Counted from the first letter of the stretch, positions 24,444-37,790 are shown. The stretch: 64,000 bases of DNA from Camelus dromedarius (GCF_036321535.1 NC_087436.1:106704001-106768000), one strand, 5' to 3'. Translations and numbers: made by a program. The notes: a model not told the origin generated them from the sequence alone.

Positions 24444-25189
24444 AAATAAGGGCAAGTAGAGGAAGGAAGACAGAAGAAAAAAGAGAGCAAATTCTGAAGG
24501 CTTCCAACTGCTAAGGATCAATCTTGATGCCTCCTGAAACCCTCCAGGGTGACTGCCTGGGTGAGAGCAGAGAATATTTTCCTTTATCTTTCAATCACGG
24601 CCTTTGTAGGTATAAAATAAGAATATCGACCACAGGAAGGTGATAATGGTTTCTCAGTTAAAATGTTATTCGTTGTTGAAATTCATTTCCCCTTTGCTTG
24701 ATATTTATGTCACTCTCCTCAGGCTTCCGTCTGCTTCATACGTGGTCAATGTATAGGCAGTCCCAGGAAGACGGGACGGTGGGACGTTCTTGGAAGAGAC
24801 CCCACCTGGCTAAGGGGATATCCTACTAGGATTCACCTTAATTCACAGCCCCTCCTGCTTTTTACTCTTGATACAAAAGAATAATCTTGATTTTTCCTTC
24901 TTAACAAGAGTGGGGATTAGTATTTGATGCTTCTGTCCCCTGAAGCACGTCCTGGTGGTAACACATGGGAAAGATTTAAACACACAAAGCAACTCTAAAA
25001 ATGTGAAAAATCTTGGGGGACACAAGAAGCAGTTTTAACTGATAAAGGGAGCAAATGGCACACCGGGGTGGGGGAAACCCCAATGCCATCCACACATAAA
25101 GAATACAAATATGAGCTAAGAATAAACACTCAATATAAGGGATAAATAGCAAGACCTATCCATCCACAAGGGATTGCTGACTTAGAATA

Positions 25190-27643
25190 TAGAGTTTTGG
25201 GATGTCACCATGAGACCACAGAAAGAAACTGAGAGATGAAAAAGTAAACAGTTGGAGGATATGAAGAACAGAATTAGCAATTTTAACTTTTTATATAATT
25301 CCTTAAAGGTAAGAAAACTCATAAATGGAGAAAACATATTTTAAGAGTCGAGGGCTGAGAATTTACTAGAGCTAGTAAATAATGAAAGACCTCAATCTGA
25401 AAGGGATTCTAGAGTGGCAAACAGTTAGATTAAAAAAAAAAAAACAACCCTACACATAGACAACTTGTGGTGAATGCCAAGAATTAAAAAATAGCAAAAA
25501 TAAAATATGCTAAAACCTCCCAGACAAAAACAATTTAACATTAAGCTTTTCAATAGCAAAACAAGGAAAGATAATGGAATAATATTTTCAAACTGTTGAG
25601 AAAGAGAACTTCAAGCTTAAAAATTTTAATAAGCTAAAACTTATTTAAATATACATAAACAACTGTGGCTATTTTCAGTCTTCATAAGGTTCACCCCACA
25701 TCACTCTCTTTGAGAATATTTTTGGAGAAAGTACCTAAATGAGAAGAGAAATCATAGACGGGATAGACAGACAGATAGATATAGCATGTCCATGACCATG
25801 TGGGTGAGTAAACGACTTCAATTACATTTATGTCCTAAGAAGCAAGGACTCTGTATGGGGGAAGACATAGCTATTAGTAAGTTTAAAATAATATTTTAGT
25901 AGATATTTATAAGTTAGGCATAATTAATTGAAGATTAAGAATAAAAGTATGTAAAGGAAAAAATCATAAAGGAAATTAAAACATACTGTCCTTGGCCCTT
26001 AATGATAATGTAAATGCATTTCTAAGAGGGAAATTCATATGCATCCTATGTAAAAAGTTGGATAAAACAAACAAAAGAAGAAAGCCAACAAAGCTAAATG
26101 ATCCAATTATAACCTTAGCTGGATCTAGAGAACAGCAAGGCATGTAACGACCATGAAGGCAGGGGCTTTAGTCTGCTTTATTCACTGTTATATCAAAGTG
26201 CCTGTAACAAAGACCAGCACATTACAGGTACTCAATATATATTTAATAAATGAATGAATAAATAAACCACAACAACATGGAGAGAATATTTACAAAAATT
26301 TTTTTAAAGGATTCTTAGAGTAAAGATATCTCTGGCAAGAGTGGCCCAGGGGAAAAAAATAAAAGCAAATATACAAATCAATAAAACAGAATGAAAAAGA
26401 TATAATAAATATACATATATATGCAAAAGCTTTAGAAATAATAAAAATTATTGTAATGGCTATACACTAATATATTTGAAAACCTAGAAAGAAGAGAGAT
26501 ATTTGTATAAAAATATAAAAAAGTCAGAGTTAAAACAACGGGAATAAAAACCCAGGTAGACCAATAACCATTAGAGAAATTGAAATGGTAACTTCAGGCT
26601 CACCTCCAAAGATGCCTAAGTTCCGAATAGATTCATAGCTGAATTCTTCCATATTTTCAAGGGACAGGTGGTTCCTATCTTATAAAAGATTTTCAGAAAA
26701 CTGAGAAAAGAAAGACACCCAAGTTTTTATGAGGGTAGTATAATATTGATTTCAAAACTGGATAAGTAGAATACAAAATAAGGCATTTATAGATCCATCT
26801 TATCTTTCATCACATAAGGAACTAATCATACAACTGCTTTAATAGGTACAAAAATTTATTTACTAAATTTCAATGTCTATTTTGTCATAGACTCAGAAAA
26901 TCGCTCACAGAATAAAACTTCCCTAACTTATAAAGGTCCTATAATTAATATCCACAACTCATTTAATGAAAAATTTAAGTAAAATTCCTTTACGTTTATA
27001 AATAAAATAATGATTTTTATAACCACTCATTTAATATAGTACTGAATTTCCTGAATAATGCTATAAGAAAAAAAAAGAGAAAGAAATGTAAAGGCTAGAA
27101 GAGTACAAGCACAGTTTAGGACTTAGGTAAGACAGCAATCTGTTTAGGAAATCCAACTTACTCCTAAGGTAAAATATTAGACTTACCTGAGTAGTCTGTG
27201 GAGTTACCAGATACAAGATCAATTTATAAAAATCAATTGCATTCCCTATTAACAATATTTATCTAGAAAATAGTATATAATAAATAACATTTAAATAACA
27301 ATAAAAACCATGTGTAAAGTATCCAGGAAATAATCTGACAAAGAATACAAAATATTTTTACAAGAAAAAGTTTAAATTATATGAATTGACATAAAAGAAA
27401 ATCTAAGACAAAGAGGAAGATTGCTATATGTTATTAGATGACTGAAATTAATTTATAAAGGGGCAGGTTCCAAATTTTATCAATCGATTTGCTATTACTC
27501 TAACAATATTTCCACTTAGTATTTTGACAGAGCTGAAACATATATTCCAAAATTTAAAAGAAACGAAAGTACTGTATATGGTGTTTTTAAAAAGAGCAAC
27601 AAAAGAGAATTCCTTCTGGAAAGGTATGTTGCAAAGTCAACGC

Positions 27644-27674
<31 letters not shown>

Positions 27675-28260
27675 AAAAAATAGATGAACAGTGTGATATA
27701 AACAAAGGAAGGTTATGAAAAAGAGCTTAAAATAAGTTTCATTTATATATCACAATTTGGTTTAAATCATTGAAGAAGGAAAATTTTCTCAATTTATAGA
27801 AAATAAAAAGAAATCTTGATCCCTATCTTACACCATATTAAAAGAGCCCCCACCCTATTCCACAGGTGGATTAAGCACTTAAACGTGAAAGAAAAATCTA
27901 TACAGCTCTTAGATTAAAGTAAGAGACATATTTATCCCTAGGGGTGGAGAAGAACTTCTTAAACAAGATGGTCAAAGCTAAAACATAAGAAGAAAAATTG
28001 GTAATTATGAATACTTAAAAATAAATGATATCTGCTTAAGAAAACCACTGATTAAGCTGACGATAACAAACAGACTGAGGAAATTATTCACAACATCAAA
28101 AGACAATATTGGATTAGTACTGAATATAATAGAAACTCCTGCAAGTCAAGGAGAAAGGATAAGAAAAAATAACTGATTTTTAAAAAATAGTTAAAAGATG
28201 TGAATAAGGATTGAATAGAAATGAACATCAATAAATCAATATTATTAACAGTAGCATTAA
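25190..28260 (+). mobile_element. heavily decayed L1 (L1ME-like)
   Basis: A-rich with ORF2 remnants: gctgaattcttccatattttcaagg, caagatcaatttataaaaatcaattgcattcc, cttgatccctatcttacaccata. Confidence 0.75.
26140..26266 (+). mobile_element. L2 3' end
   Basis: ccatgaaggcagggg...ttcactg...gtgcctg...ggtactcaata...aatgaatgaat. Confidence 0.8.
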
Positions 28261-29124
28261 AATCTTTTCTCATTATTATTAAGGTTGTTCGCCTGGAGAA
28301 GCAAAAGGCCACAACAGAATGTAGCACAGTAGCTTTGAGAACGGAATAGCGTCACAGATTGATGGCATAGAAGTGTCCTCAGAGCTGTCCTCATATACCT
28401 CTCCATAGAGCTGGAGCTAAATAATAGGAAAATGACAGATGGTACTTAATAACCAAGAAGAGGATCCTGATGGTGACCTGGGCTTTTCAGAAAAGATCAG
28501 TGAAGAATTGGGATGGGGTCTTAAGAAACATGTTTAGAGGCATTGCAATCATCTCTAGGGGAACAATGAAATGAATGTCATTTGGGGCTCTTATAAACCA
28601 ACCTGTTCATACATCAGGTTTAGCCTGGGGAGTCTGAGGTCTACTAGTGCTAGATGCTAGATACTACATCCTTGGTGCTAATTCTATAAAGGGAAATAGA
28701 ACTTGGTCTCCATTCTCTCAGGATTGGAAAGCTTTCCTGCCTCTCTAAAAGAAATTGTTATTATTATCCTTTTAAGTTAGCTAAAATCACAATAATGAGC
28801 TAATGGCTCTATTACAAATAGCTATAAATATTAATGTTTGATGGTGATAACAATAATGAACCATAGGCAAATTAAAAAAAAAAAAAGGCTTGAAGCTTTG
28901 TGCTAGCAAAAGGGTAAAGGAAATTTTTACTTTAAGAAACAAATTAAATTATAATTTTTTAGTACTTGTGTTTGTGTTCGTAGATACTTATTCTTTTTTA
29001 ACATGGCTATTTTTTCAGAACGCTGGTATCCCAGAGTTGACAGGGACCTTAAATTACCCTATTCTTACTCATTAATGATGCTTTTATGTATTTAAATGGA
29101 TTGTATTTCATAATATAAAATATA

Positions 29125-30476
29125 ACTCATCCAAATCCCAACTGTTTATTTTTATAGAAGTTTACAAGCTGATCTTAAAATACATACGGAAATGCAGAGG
29201 GCCTAGAAGAGCCAAAACAATCTTGAAAAAGACCAAAGTTGAAGGATTCACACTTTCCAATTTCAAAACGTAGTGCAGTACTGACATACAGACAGACCTA
29301 TCGCTCAATGGAATAGAATTGAGAGCCAGAAATAAACCCATGCGTATTTGTTTGATTGACTTTTGACAGAGGTACCAAGACAATTCAATAGGGTAGAAGA
29401 ATAGTGTTTTCAACAAATGACGTGGAACAGCTAGATGCCCACATGCAAAGGAGTAAAGTCGAACACATACTTCACTCTATATACAAAAAATTAACCCCAA
29501 ATGGATCGTAGAGCTAAATGTGAGAGGTAAAACTGTAAAACTCACAGAAGGAAACATAAAAGTAAGACTTTACAGCCTTAGGTTGGAAGTGGCACCCAAA
29601 GAACAAATGATGAAAGGAAAAAAAAAGTTGAATTAATAAACTATTAGGCTGCAAATGATACCACCAAGAAAGTGAAAAGACAATTCACAGAATGAGAGAA
29701 AAATATTTGCAAATTATATTTCCAGTAAGGGACTTCTATCCAGAATGTATAAAATACTGTTACAATTTCATAATGAAATAACAACCTGATTTTAAAAATT
29801 GGCAAAACATTTTTCCAAGACATTGGAACCATCGTACGTTGTTGGTGGAAATGTAAAACGGTACAGCCACTTTGCAAAATAATTTGGTAGCTTTTTTTTT
29901 TTAAGTTAAATATAAAGCTACCCTATGACTCAGTGATTCCACTTCTAATACACACAAATGAAAAGAAAAACATACAGCAGCACAACATTGTAGATGAGTA
30001 TTCAAGGCAGTATTATTTACACCTGTCAAAAAAGGGAAATGACCCAAATGCCCGTCGACGGATGGATGGATACACAGAACGCGGTGTATTTGTACAAAGA
30101 GACACTTAACTCAGCAAGGGAGAAGTGAAGTGTAAATGCATACTACAGCATGGATGAACCCTGAAAACATTATGCTAAGTGAAAGAGGCCAGTCATCGAT
30201 GTGTCATGTTGTATGATTTTGTGTGTATGAGATGTCCAGAAAAGACACATTTATGGAGCCAGATAGTAAATTAGTGATTACTGAGAGCTGAGGATTGCAG
30301 TGGAGGATGGGGAGGGGTAGTTAATGAGTATGGAGTTTTGTTTTTGGAGTGGTGAAAATGTTCTAAAGTTAGTTTTTGACAAGTCTATGATTACCCTTAA
30401 AAAACCCTGTGAATTGTTTACTTTAAACAGGTGAATTTTATGGTATATGAATTATATCTCAATAAAAGTTTTTAAA
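29125..30476 (+). mobile_element. L1MB-like ORF2 end and 3'UTR
   Basis: gccaaaacaatcttgaaaaaga...tggatgaaccctgaaaacattatgctaagtgaaa...ttatatctcaataaa. Confidence 0.9.
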
Positions 30477-30554
30477 CATGTATCTCATCCTTTTCACTTG
30501 CTTATGTCTTTTTGGGATTTGATTGGTGATTTTATATATATATATATATTTTTT

Positions 30555-30715
30555 TTAGCCCTCCCAATTAATACCAGTTGCAAATGTGATCTGTATGCCT
30601 TCTAAATCTTTATCCCAGTCATTGACAAATAATGTAAACCAGAATAGAGACATTAGTCTCCTTCCACTAGGCTGGTATTAATCACTGCTTCTTGCCCATG
30701 TTCATTCCACAAGGT
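30555..30715 (-). mobile_element. L3/CR1 RT fragment
   Basis: tgcaaatgtgatctgtatgccttctaaatctttatcccagtcattgacaaataatgtaaac resembles the antisense LFNIFINDLD...KFADD region. Confidence 0.55.
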
Positions 30716-30830
30716 AAATCATTCATTCAGTTATTTGTGAGCACCTATTACAAGGCAGACATTATATTAAATGATGAATATAAAAGGATGTTAAGTGCCT
30801 GGTTCTTGCCCTTAAAGAGAAAACAGCCCA
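30716..30830 (-). mobile_element. L2 fragment
   Basis: tcattcattcag...gagcacctatta...tgcccttaaagag. Confidence 0.65.
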
Positions 30831-30867
30831 TTACTTGAGCCAAATAAAAGCCCTGCAAGAGTTGTAC

Positions 30868-31298
30868 CTGTCAGGATTTTTTGGCTGTAGTCAATAGAAA
30901 TCAGCTCTAGTTAATTTAATTAAAATTTTATTTGAAGGCTACGGAGTTGCTCACAGTACTAAAAGGGAATCTGAGTAACTAAGGCTTCCAAATGAATAGG
31001 AGCCAGAGGGAGTCCATGATAAAAAGTCAGGGACCGATCAGTGGTTTTGTCAGGTTGCCAGCACTGGTATTAATCAGCACTAACCATTCTCCATCCTTAT
31101 GTCTCTCCACTCAAGATCTCAGTTTCCAAGAGAGTAAGCTCAATTGGCCCAGTTTTATCTCAGCTCACCAGTTGGCTAGGGGAAAGCAGGGCACTCTGGA
31201 GGGCAAAGCACCCAAGAATTCACATCACAGGGGAAAGAAAATTAGAAAAGAGGGGCATGGATTCTGAGCAGGTGAAAAAATAGAAATGACCACTAAAA
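30868..31298 (-). mobile_element. MLT1K/L-like MaLR LTR
   Basis: gtcaggatttttt...caatagaaatcagctctag...ggattctgagcagg...aaatgaccacta. Confidence 0.6.
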
Positions 31299-31569
31299 TA
31301 GCTCTATGTCAGGAGAACGTGGAAATCCATAATGTTAGCCCTGGAACCACCCTGAGGGATTTAGGATTTCTTCCTGTTGGAAGTGGCACCTTCACAGAAA
31401 CACGAACACAAATTGTCTGTGTGACGTATGCAGCAGCGAGTTGCGGTGGGAGATCCAGAGACACTGAACACAAATGGAGTAACATGAGTCAAGGTGTAAA
31501 GGTGTGAAAAACCAGGAGTCACTGAAGAATAGGAAAATTTCTTTTCAACAGGGGATATGAGTCTGGCTA

Positions 31570-31970
31570 AGAAAGTAGACACCAGTAAGACTATGAAAGT
31601 CTTTCGTGCCTTCTTGGAATGGAGTTTGACCTTTATTTTGGAAATCAGGAGAAATCAACTGAGGATCCCCAAGCAGGTAAGTGATATGATTAGATATGCA
31701 ATTTAGAAATTCCGGCTGCTGTTTGCAGAGTGGTTTGAAGGGTGGAAAAGGCAGGCTGACTGGTGAAGAGGTTACTTCAAGGGTTCCACTGATACTTGAA
31801 AAGAAGATCGATCGGGGTGGCAGTAAGGATGCAAAAAGGGGCTACGCTCAGGAGCTGGGTAGAACAAAGAAGCTGAAGGCTGGGTGAGGAACGGATATGG
31901 ATTTGAGAGGAAGCTGTGGAGAGAAAGGAAGGAGTCAGGGATGCCACCTTGATTTCAGGTCCAGGGGAAA
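31570..31970 (-). mobile_element. L2 fragment
   Basis: ggagtttgacctttatt...aagcagg...gatatgattagat...ggagtcagggatgcc. Confidence 0.7.
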
Positions 31971-32534
31971 ACGTGAATTTCTCAAGAAGACTTTTCAGTG
32001 TTACGTTTACTAGGCTAGCTCTTCCAGATCCCTGGTTTGCAACTGTCCTGTCTTTTAGAAGACAGTATAGAGACCGCAAGCCCCTCATGTTTACCTTCAG
32101 CATTCATGCTCTAGGAATCCCTGTTCTGATTCTATCATGTTTATTTCCGGGCTTCTGGCATCCTTGGAGGTTAAAGCCTTGACTGTCTTGCTTCCTGGGG
32201 CATGATGCTTTGTTGTGGAGGCTTTGCTGTCTTAGCACTTGAGATAAATCTAAAAGATGCTGCAGTGTGGTTGTTCATGCAGCCCTGAAACTTTTTTTTT
32301 TTTTTCCAAAGGGAAGATAGAACACTCTCAGTGCAATGCCAACGAGGCTTGTTACTTTGGAGGGTGCCGTGTGTCCCAGCTGCACGGGCAATGGGGTGTA
32401 ACTCTGGGTCGCTGCCAACAGGATGAAATTCAAACTGGCCACTCAGAACGGAAAGGTTCTCTCTTGCAGTATGAATTCACTGATCCAGGAGTGCAATTTT
32501 AACTTTCTAATCAATTCAGCCCGATGACCTTTCA

Positions 32535-33110
32535 TCACATGGAATCACCAGGTTGGAAGGGAAGCCGAGAGGTCATTTCAGTCCAGCCCAGTTGCATCCA
32601 GACCAGACTTCACAGAAGCCCATGGAAAAGCTCGTGGAAGAAGGTAAGTGTTTAGATTTTTTTATAAAACATCCACTGGACCGATCCCTAAGGTGTCAGT
32701 GTTATGAGTCTTGTAAAGCCTGGAAGTCTCCTAGGGATGACAAACAGTTTTCCCGTGTCTTAAGCTGCTTTCCTCCTGTTCTGGACTCATTAGAAGTAAG
32801 GGAATCTGTTCCTTATCACTCACACACGTCTTCATATACCTGAGAACTAGTATTAATTTCTTATTTAGCCTTTTCCCCTCTAGGCTAAATAAACTCCATT
32901 CCTTTAGCCTTTCCTCAGAAGGAATATTAGTCAAACCTTGAATCATTTTAGTTGCTGACTTCTGGTCCACCTCCAAATTTTCCACAGTGCACTTTATCTG
33001 GAGGAGCTGAAATGGAACGCAGTTGGGTAAAAACGTCATTAATTCAAATCCTGCCAACTTCAAATTTGTGATAATTCAGACAGGGAGTTGCATAACCAGC
33101 CCTTCCTCCC
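32535..33110 (-). mobile_element. L3/CR1 LINE 3' end with ORF2 C-terminal remnant
   Basis: ORF 32731-33063(-) contains LEVDQKSATKMIQGLTNIPSEERLKEWSLFSLEGKRL..LILVLRYMK, matching the CR1 motif LERVQRRATKMIRGL..LSYEERLKELGLFSLEKRRL; the 3' terminus ggaatcaccaggttggaaggga...ggtcat...gtccagccc is also CR1-like. Confidence 0.9.
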
Positions 33111-33594
33111 TTGATTGTGCAAGTTCAAGGCAAATCAGATCAGAAGGAGGAGGAGTCATAGAAACTACTCAAATTTCCTATGGGAACCATTTTTTCCCCA
33201 AGGGAACAGTGTACACTTTCCCACTGAGCAACTTGTAGGCCAGGTTACCTGGACATCTCAGGAAGTTGCCTAAAGCCATCCACTAAGCTGCAGAGCAAGA
33301 CTAGATTGAGTTGTTCCTGTGACCATATATTCTGTCTCCTGTGAGTATGTAAATTGGGCCAAAAGCCTTAAATTTATCAGTCTGATGCTGTTCCAAAATT
33401 CTAGGCTATAAATCACCATATTTTCTGTAACTATTCTAAAGTAACACAATTATATTTCAATTTGGTGTTGGGCTTTTAACCAACTCAGAGCAGTTACTCT
33501 TTCATGGATTTCTATGGTATTTCTTTTCCTGTGTGTGAAGATTGCACTAATCCACATTTAATTTCAAAATCTGTTCACCTCGCAAGTCCAAGTT

Positions 33595-33900
33595 ATGCAT
33601 CCATTTATCCATTGAATGAGTATCTATTTCACGGTCACTTTGTGCCCAGCCGTAGCCGTGTTAGCTGTTTTCAAAGAAAAGTAAGTAGCCCTCATCCTCA
33701 AGGCCTCTCTTCTGGGCATGCAAACTACAGGCATCTATACGGGCCATTGAGGGGCCAGAGAAGGAACACACAGTGGGCCTGGAGAGGCCACGGAAAGCTT
33801 CATGACAAAAGGAGCCTTCTGGAGAGGTGTCCTCATCTCAAAGGAGGAGCGGGACCTTTCCAGATGGACCAGGTAGGGGAAAGAGATCGCCCAACATCAC
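33595..33900 (-). mobile_element. L2 fragment
   Basis: catccatttatccattgaatgagtatctatt...ctttgtgcc...ccctcatcctcaagg. Confidence 0.6.
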
Positions 33901-34604
33901 AGAAGCCTGAATTCCTCATTATATGGAAACAATTGAATTAGATTTCACCTATTTCACCTATGGCTGTTATGGTGATCATATTTTTGCTCTGAAAATTCTG
34001 AAAAGGCAGTCTCGCTTCCCTTGGTGTACGGATCTTAATGGTTTTGAAGAGGGAAAAGACACATGCTTGATTCCAGAACCTATCAAGACATCGACTATCT
34101 TCAGTGAAGAAATATAGGCCAAAATATCTTTGATAATGGGGGTGAGGTGTGGACTGAAGAATGTGGCTCAGATCCCCAGCAACAACAGGTGTCCTTAGAG
34201 GGCAGAGCTTAACCCTCGATCCTAAGCAGGGCTGGAGAACCACAGGCCTCACAACCAGAGGCAGGTGTTTTCCCTGGGTTTTTCTGAAAGTGATCAGGTT
34301 TCCCTACAGACAGAGAGGGCCCAGAGAATCCAGAAGGAGCTGAGCCAGAAGAACCTTGTTCTTTATCCCAGATTCACCTGTCAGGTAACTTAGGGGGCCT
34401 AAGAGTCCAGCAGAGTTTTTCTAGTGAAATTCTTTTAAAAGAAATCATGAGGACTCTGGAAAAAGGGTGCTAGTTGGACATAATCGGCCCCCTTTTCCAT
34501 AAGTCTGGTCATGAGGTTCTACAAGACCAACACAACTCTTTAATCAAATCAAGGGCATTGTGACTCTCTGCTCCTTGGAGAATCGGGGAGAGAGCCTTAA
34601 GGTT

Positions 34605-34825
34605 ACTGCAGGATCAGGAGACAAATCAGTAAAATTTGGATCATAATTCTGTCCTTTATTAACTGAATGTCCTTGATCAAGTGACTCAACCCCTTTGTGT
34701 AAAGTCTGGATAATAACAGTACCTACTTCATAGGGTTGTTATAAGGCTTACATGAATCAACATATGCGACGTTTTTAAATGAAGATGGGCACATAGTAGG
34801 TGCTAGAGGAGTGTTTACTTGTATT
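34605..34825 (+). mobile_element. MIR SINE
   Basis: ccttgatcaagtgactcaacc...taataacagtacctacttcatagggttgtt...gcacatagtaggtgct. Confidence 0.8.
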
Positions 34826-34942
34826 ACATGTGTTTCTGTCTAATGACTAAAGGCTAAATGATTTATGGCAAGTTTTATTCATTCTTTCATCCATTCAAAA
34901 TTAAGAAGCAATGTATACCATGTACCATGCACAAGAGATTAG

Positions 34943-35105
34943 ACTACTGCTTCTCAAAACTTTATGTACAGTTGATCACCTGGAGAATTTGTTTGAAAGC
35001 AGGTCCCATTCAATGAGTCTGAGATGAAGTGCCAAGATTCTTTAGTTCTGAAAGTTCCCAGATGAAGCCAATATTGCTGGAGAGTGGACTGTATTTTGTA
35101 TAGAA
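34943..35105. mobile_element. MER5A
   Basis: tgcttctcaaaacttt...atcacctggaga...gttcccagatga. Confidence 0.65.
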
Positions 35106-35435
35106 TGGGCATAGACACTTGTACCACGGATCTATAAATGCATATGGGTGAGTCTAAAGAAGCAGGCTTAAGTGCTCTTCCAGGTACTGACATCTGGGTT
35201 TGGCTACAATGGCATATTTCTTCATCTCTCTAAGTGCTTTCTCAATTACAACCCGTGTAAAGCATTTGTGCCCTAGTGCTTGTGATTTACAACTTAGTCT
35301 TCTGATCACTTACTCTCTTAATTCTTACCCTAACTCCTTAGTTAAGACAGAGCCAGAAAACATCCTTCAATCAATTCGCAGCCCTGACAACCAGATGTGT
35401 AGGGACAGGTTTTAATCAATAAAGATTTCCTTTTG

Positions 35436-35612
35436 CATTGGTTTTCAAACTTCAGCATGTGATGGAATCACCTGAAGGATTTCTTTAATCACAGACCCCA
35501 GGACCTTACCTCAGAAAGTTCTGATTCAGTAGGTCTGGGATGAGGGCAAAAAATTAATGTTTCTAACAGGGGCTGGTGCTGCTGGTTTGAGAACCACAGG
35601 TTGAAAGCATTG
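35436..35612. mobile_element. MER5A
   Basis: ggttttcaaactt...gaatcacctg...tctgattcagtaggtctggg. Confidence 0.85.
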
Positions 35613-36479
35613 CCTTATACTGACAAGGTTTGGGTGTCTGTGAAGAGGAACTGACTGTATTTGGACAAGAGTGGCCAATAATATTTGATACCATCAAGTT
35701 CAGGAATAGCGCAAATGCAATACACATGTAACCAAAGATTAAAGGAATAGAGAGGAGGATAAATTCTGTTTCATCAAAACCTACAGCAGCTAAAACCAGC
35801 TCACAGCATTCAAAGCCCTTATTTACTGTCAGCAGAGAGGACTGCATGAAATTGAGGGAAATGATCGTGTGCAAAGGCCAAGCCTGGTCTCCCTGTATTT
35901 CAAATAATGCAAGTAATAATGAGGTCCAGGAAAGTTGCAAATTTTCCATTGGAAAGTGCCATGAAAAGGTCGTGGTGTAGGTATTACTGTGTTTCAAATA
36001 TCATCATCATCTCCACCTCCTCCTGGAAGCTTTATCTGATAGCTTGATTCAGAGGTTGGCATTCCTGGAACTGGATTTTGTAGCATTCAGACCACTTTGG
36101 TAGTGTTTATGATTTTATGTTACCTGTTTACATGTCTTTAGACTTGGAAATTGTAGAGAACAATGATCATCCTTTTATCTCTGTGTCTTCAGGGTCTATC
36201 AGAGTACACACATATATTTTTAGCATAGAATCCACACTTGTCTTCAAAAATGGTGATACAGTTTGCTCTGCATATGATGAATCTTTGTTTCTGCTACAAA
36301 GTATTAAACATGTTTAGGAAGGGATTGGATTGATAGCAGAGAGGATTTGGCATTTTGTCATGTAAACACAGAACATTATATTTACATGAAAACAACATTT
36401 CTCCCCTGCATAATCATGTCAGTGGCAGGATCAATTTATATACAGTGAAAAATTAAAATTTATTTTTAAAAATTCTGAG

Positions 36480-36584
36480 TAAAATCTCAAATGTTCATTA
36501 ACAGAAGGGTGATTTTACAAATGGGGTATTTTTATTTACATGATGAGATACTATACAGCAAAACAAATAAATGAAACTTAACTA
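36480..36584 (+). mobile_element. old L1M 3' fragment, resuming about 37800-37970
   Basis: caaatgttcattaacag...atactatacagcaa...aatgaa; later cacaaaacttcagataatcattacc. Confidence 0.55.
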
Positions 36585-37088
36585 CAGCTAATCCTCATCA
36601 TTCTCTGATTCAGTTGTTGCAAATTCCCTACTTGCTAAAATTTTTACCTGTTATCCCAAAGCAAATTCTTTTGGCACTTTTGTGGTCATTTATGGACACA
36701 TGTGGTGGGAAATTTGAGTCATGCAATGCATAAGATACACTGCTTTAAGTTCTCATTCTGTAAACAAATATCCTTTTCACAGTCTGTTCCTTGCCATACT
36801 TTTATCACTTTTGTGCATTTTCTTGATAATGTTCCTGTTTAAATGGCCTCCAAGTATAGTGTTAAAGTGCTTGCAAGTGATCCTAAGAGCAAGAAGGCTC
36901 TTGGACTCTATGGTACGACTCATAGAGAAAAAGGATGTGTTATATCCTTATATCCACATGTGAATTATAGTCCTGTTGGCTGTGAGGTCAATATTAATGA
37001 ATCAGCAATATATGTTAAATAAGGTGTCTTTAAATAGAAAAATAAGATTAGGTACTGATCAGTTAACAAAAATGTTGTGAATAGGAAC
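36585..37088 (+). mobile_element. MER82-like (TcMar-Tigger) element lacking its right end
   Basis: TA then cagctaatcctcatcattc; internal gtttaaatggcctccaagtatagtgttaaagtgct and aatgaatcagcaatatatgttaaataaggtgtctttaaa follow the recalled MER82 consensus. Confidence 0.8.
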
Positions 37089-37790
37089 TCTAAAAATAGA
37101 CTTCCCATATGATACAGCAATTCCACTGCTGGGCATATATCCAGAGGGAACTGTAATTTGAAAAGATACATACACCCCAATATTCATAACAGCACTATTC
37201 ACAATAGCCAAGATGTGGAAGCAACCTAAATGTCCATCAACAGATGACAGAATAAAAAAAAAAAAACTGTCATATATTTATATAATGGAATACTACTCAG
37301 CCATAAAAAAGAATTAAATAATGCCATTTGCAGCAGCAACATAGATGCACTTAGAGATCGTCATTCTAATTGAAGTAAGCCAGAAAGAGAGAGAAAAATA
37401 CCAAATGATATCACTCATATGTGGAATCTAAAAAAAAAAGACAAAAAGTGAACTTATTTGCAAAACAGAAAGAGACTCACAGACATAGAAAACAAATTTA
37501 TCGTTACCAGGGGAAAAAGGGGGTGGGTAGGGATAAATTGAGAGTTTGAGATTTGCAGATACTAACTACTATATATAAAATAGATAAACAACAAGTTTAT
37601 ACTGTATAGCACAGGGAACTATATTCAATATCTTGTAGTAACCTATAATGAAAAAGTATGTGAAAATGAATATATGTGTGTATATATATGACTGAAATAT
37701 TATGCTGTACACCAGAAGTTGACACAACATTATAAACTGACCATACTTCCACAAAATTTTTTAAAAGAAAAAAACACAAATAAAACTAAA
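37089..37790 (+). mobile_element. lineage-specific (camelid-type) L1 3' end
   Basis: ORF2 end ccatatgatacagcaattccactgctgggc, 3'UTR gagatttgcagatactaactac...agcacagggaactatattcaatatcttg, A-rich tail. Confidence 0.9.

Noticed and set aside
14210..31685. Isolated consensus + strand donors (TAG|GTGAGT near 14216, CAG|GTAAGT near 31676)
   Set aside because: No matching acceptor or ORF; one lies inside L2; expected by chance
33504..33941. Longest ORF (145 aa)
   Set aside because: Mostly overlaps an antisense L2 fragment and has no recognisable domain
35563..35997. 144-aa hydrophobic minus-strand ORF
   Set aside because: Ends in MER5A; its hydrophobicity follows from T-rich composition; no family recognised
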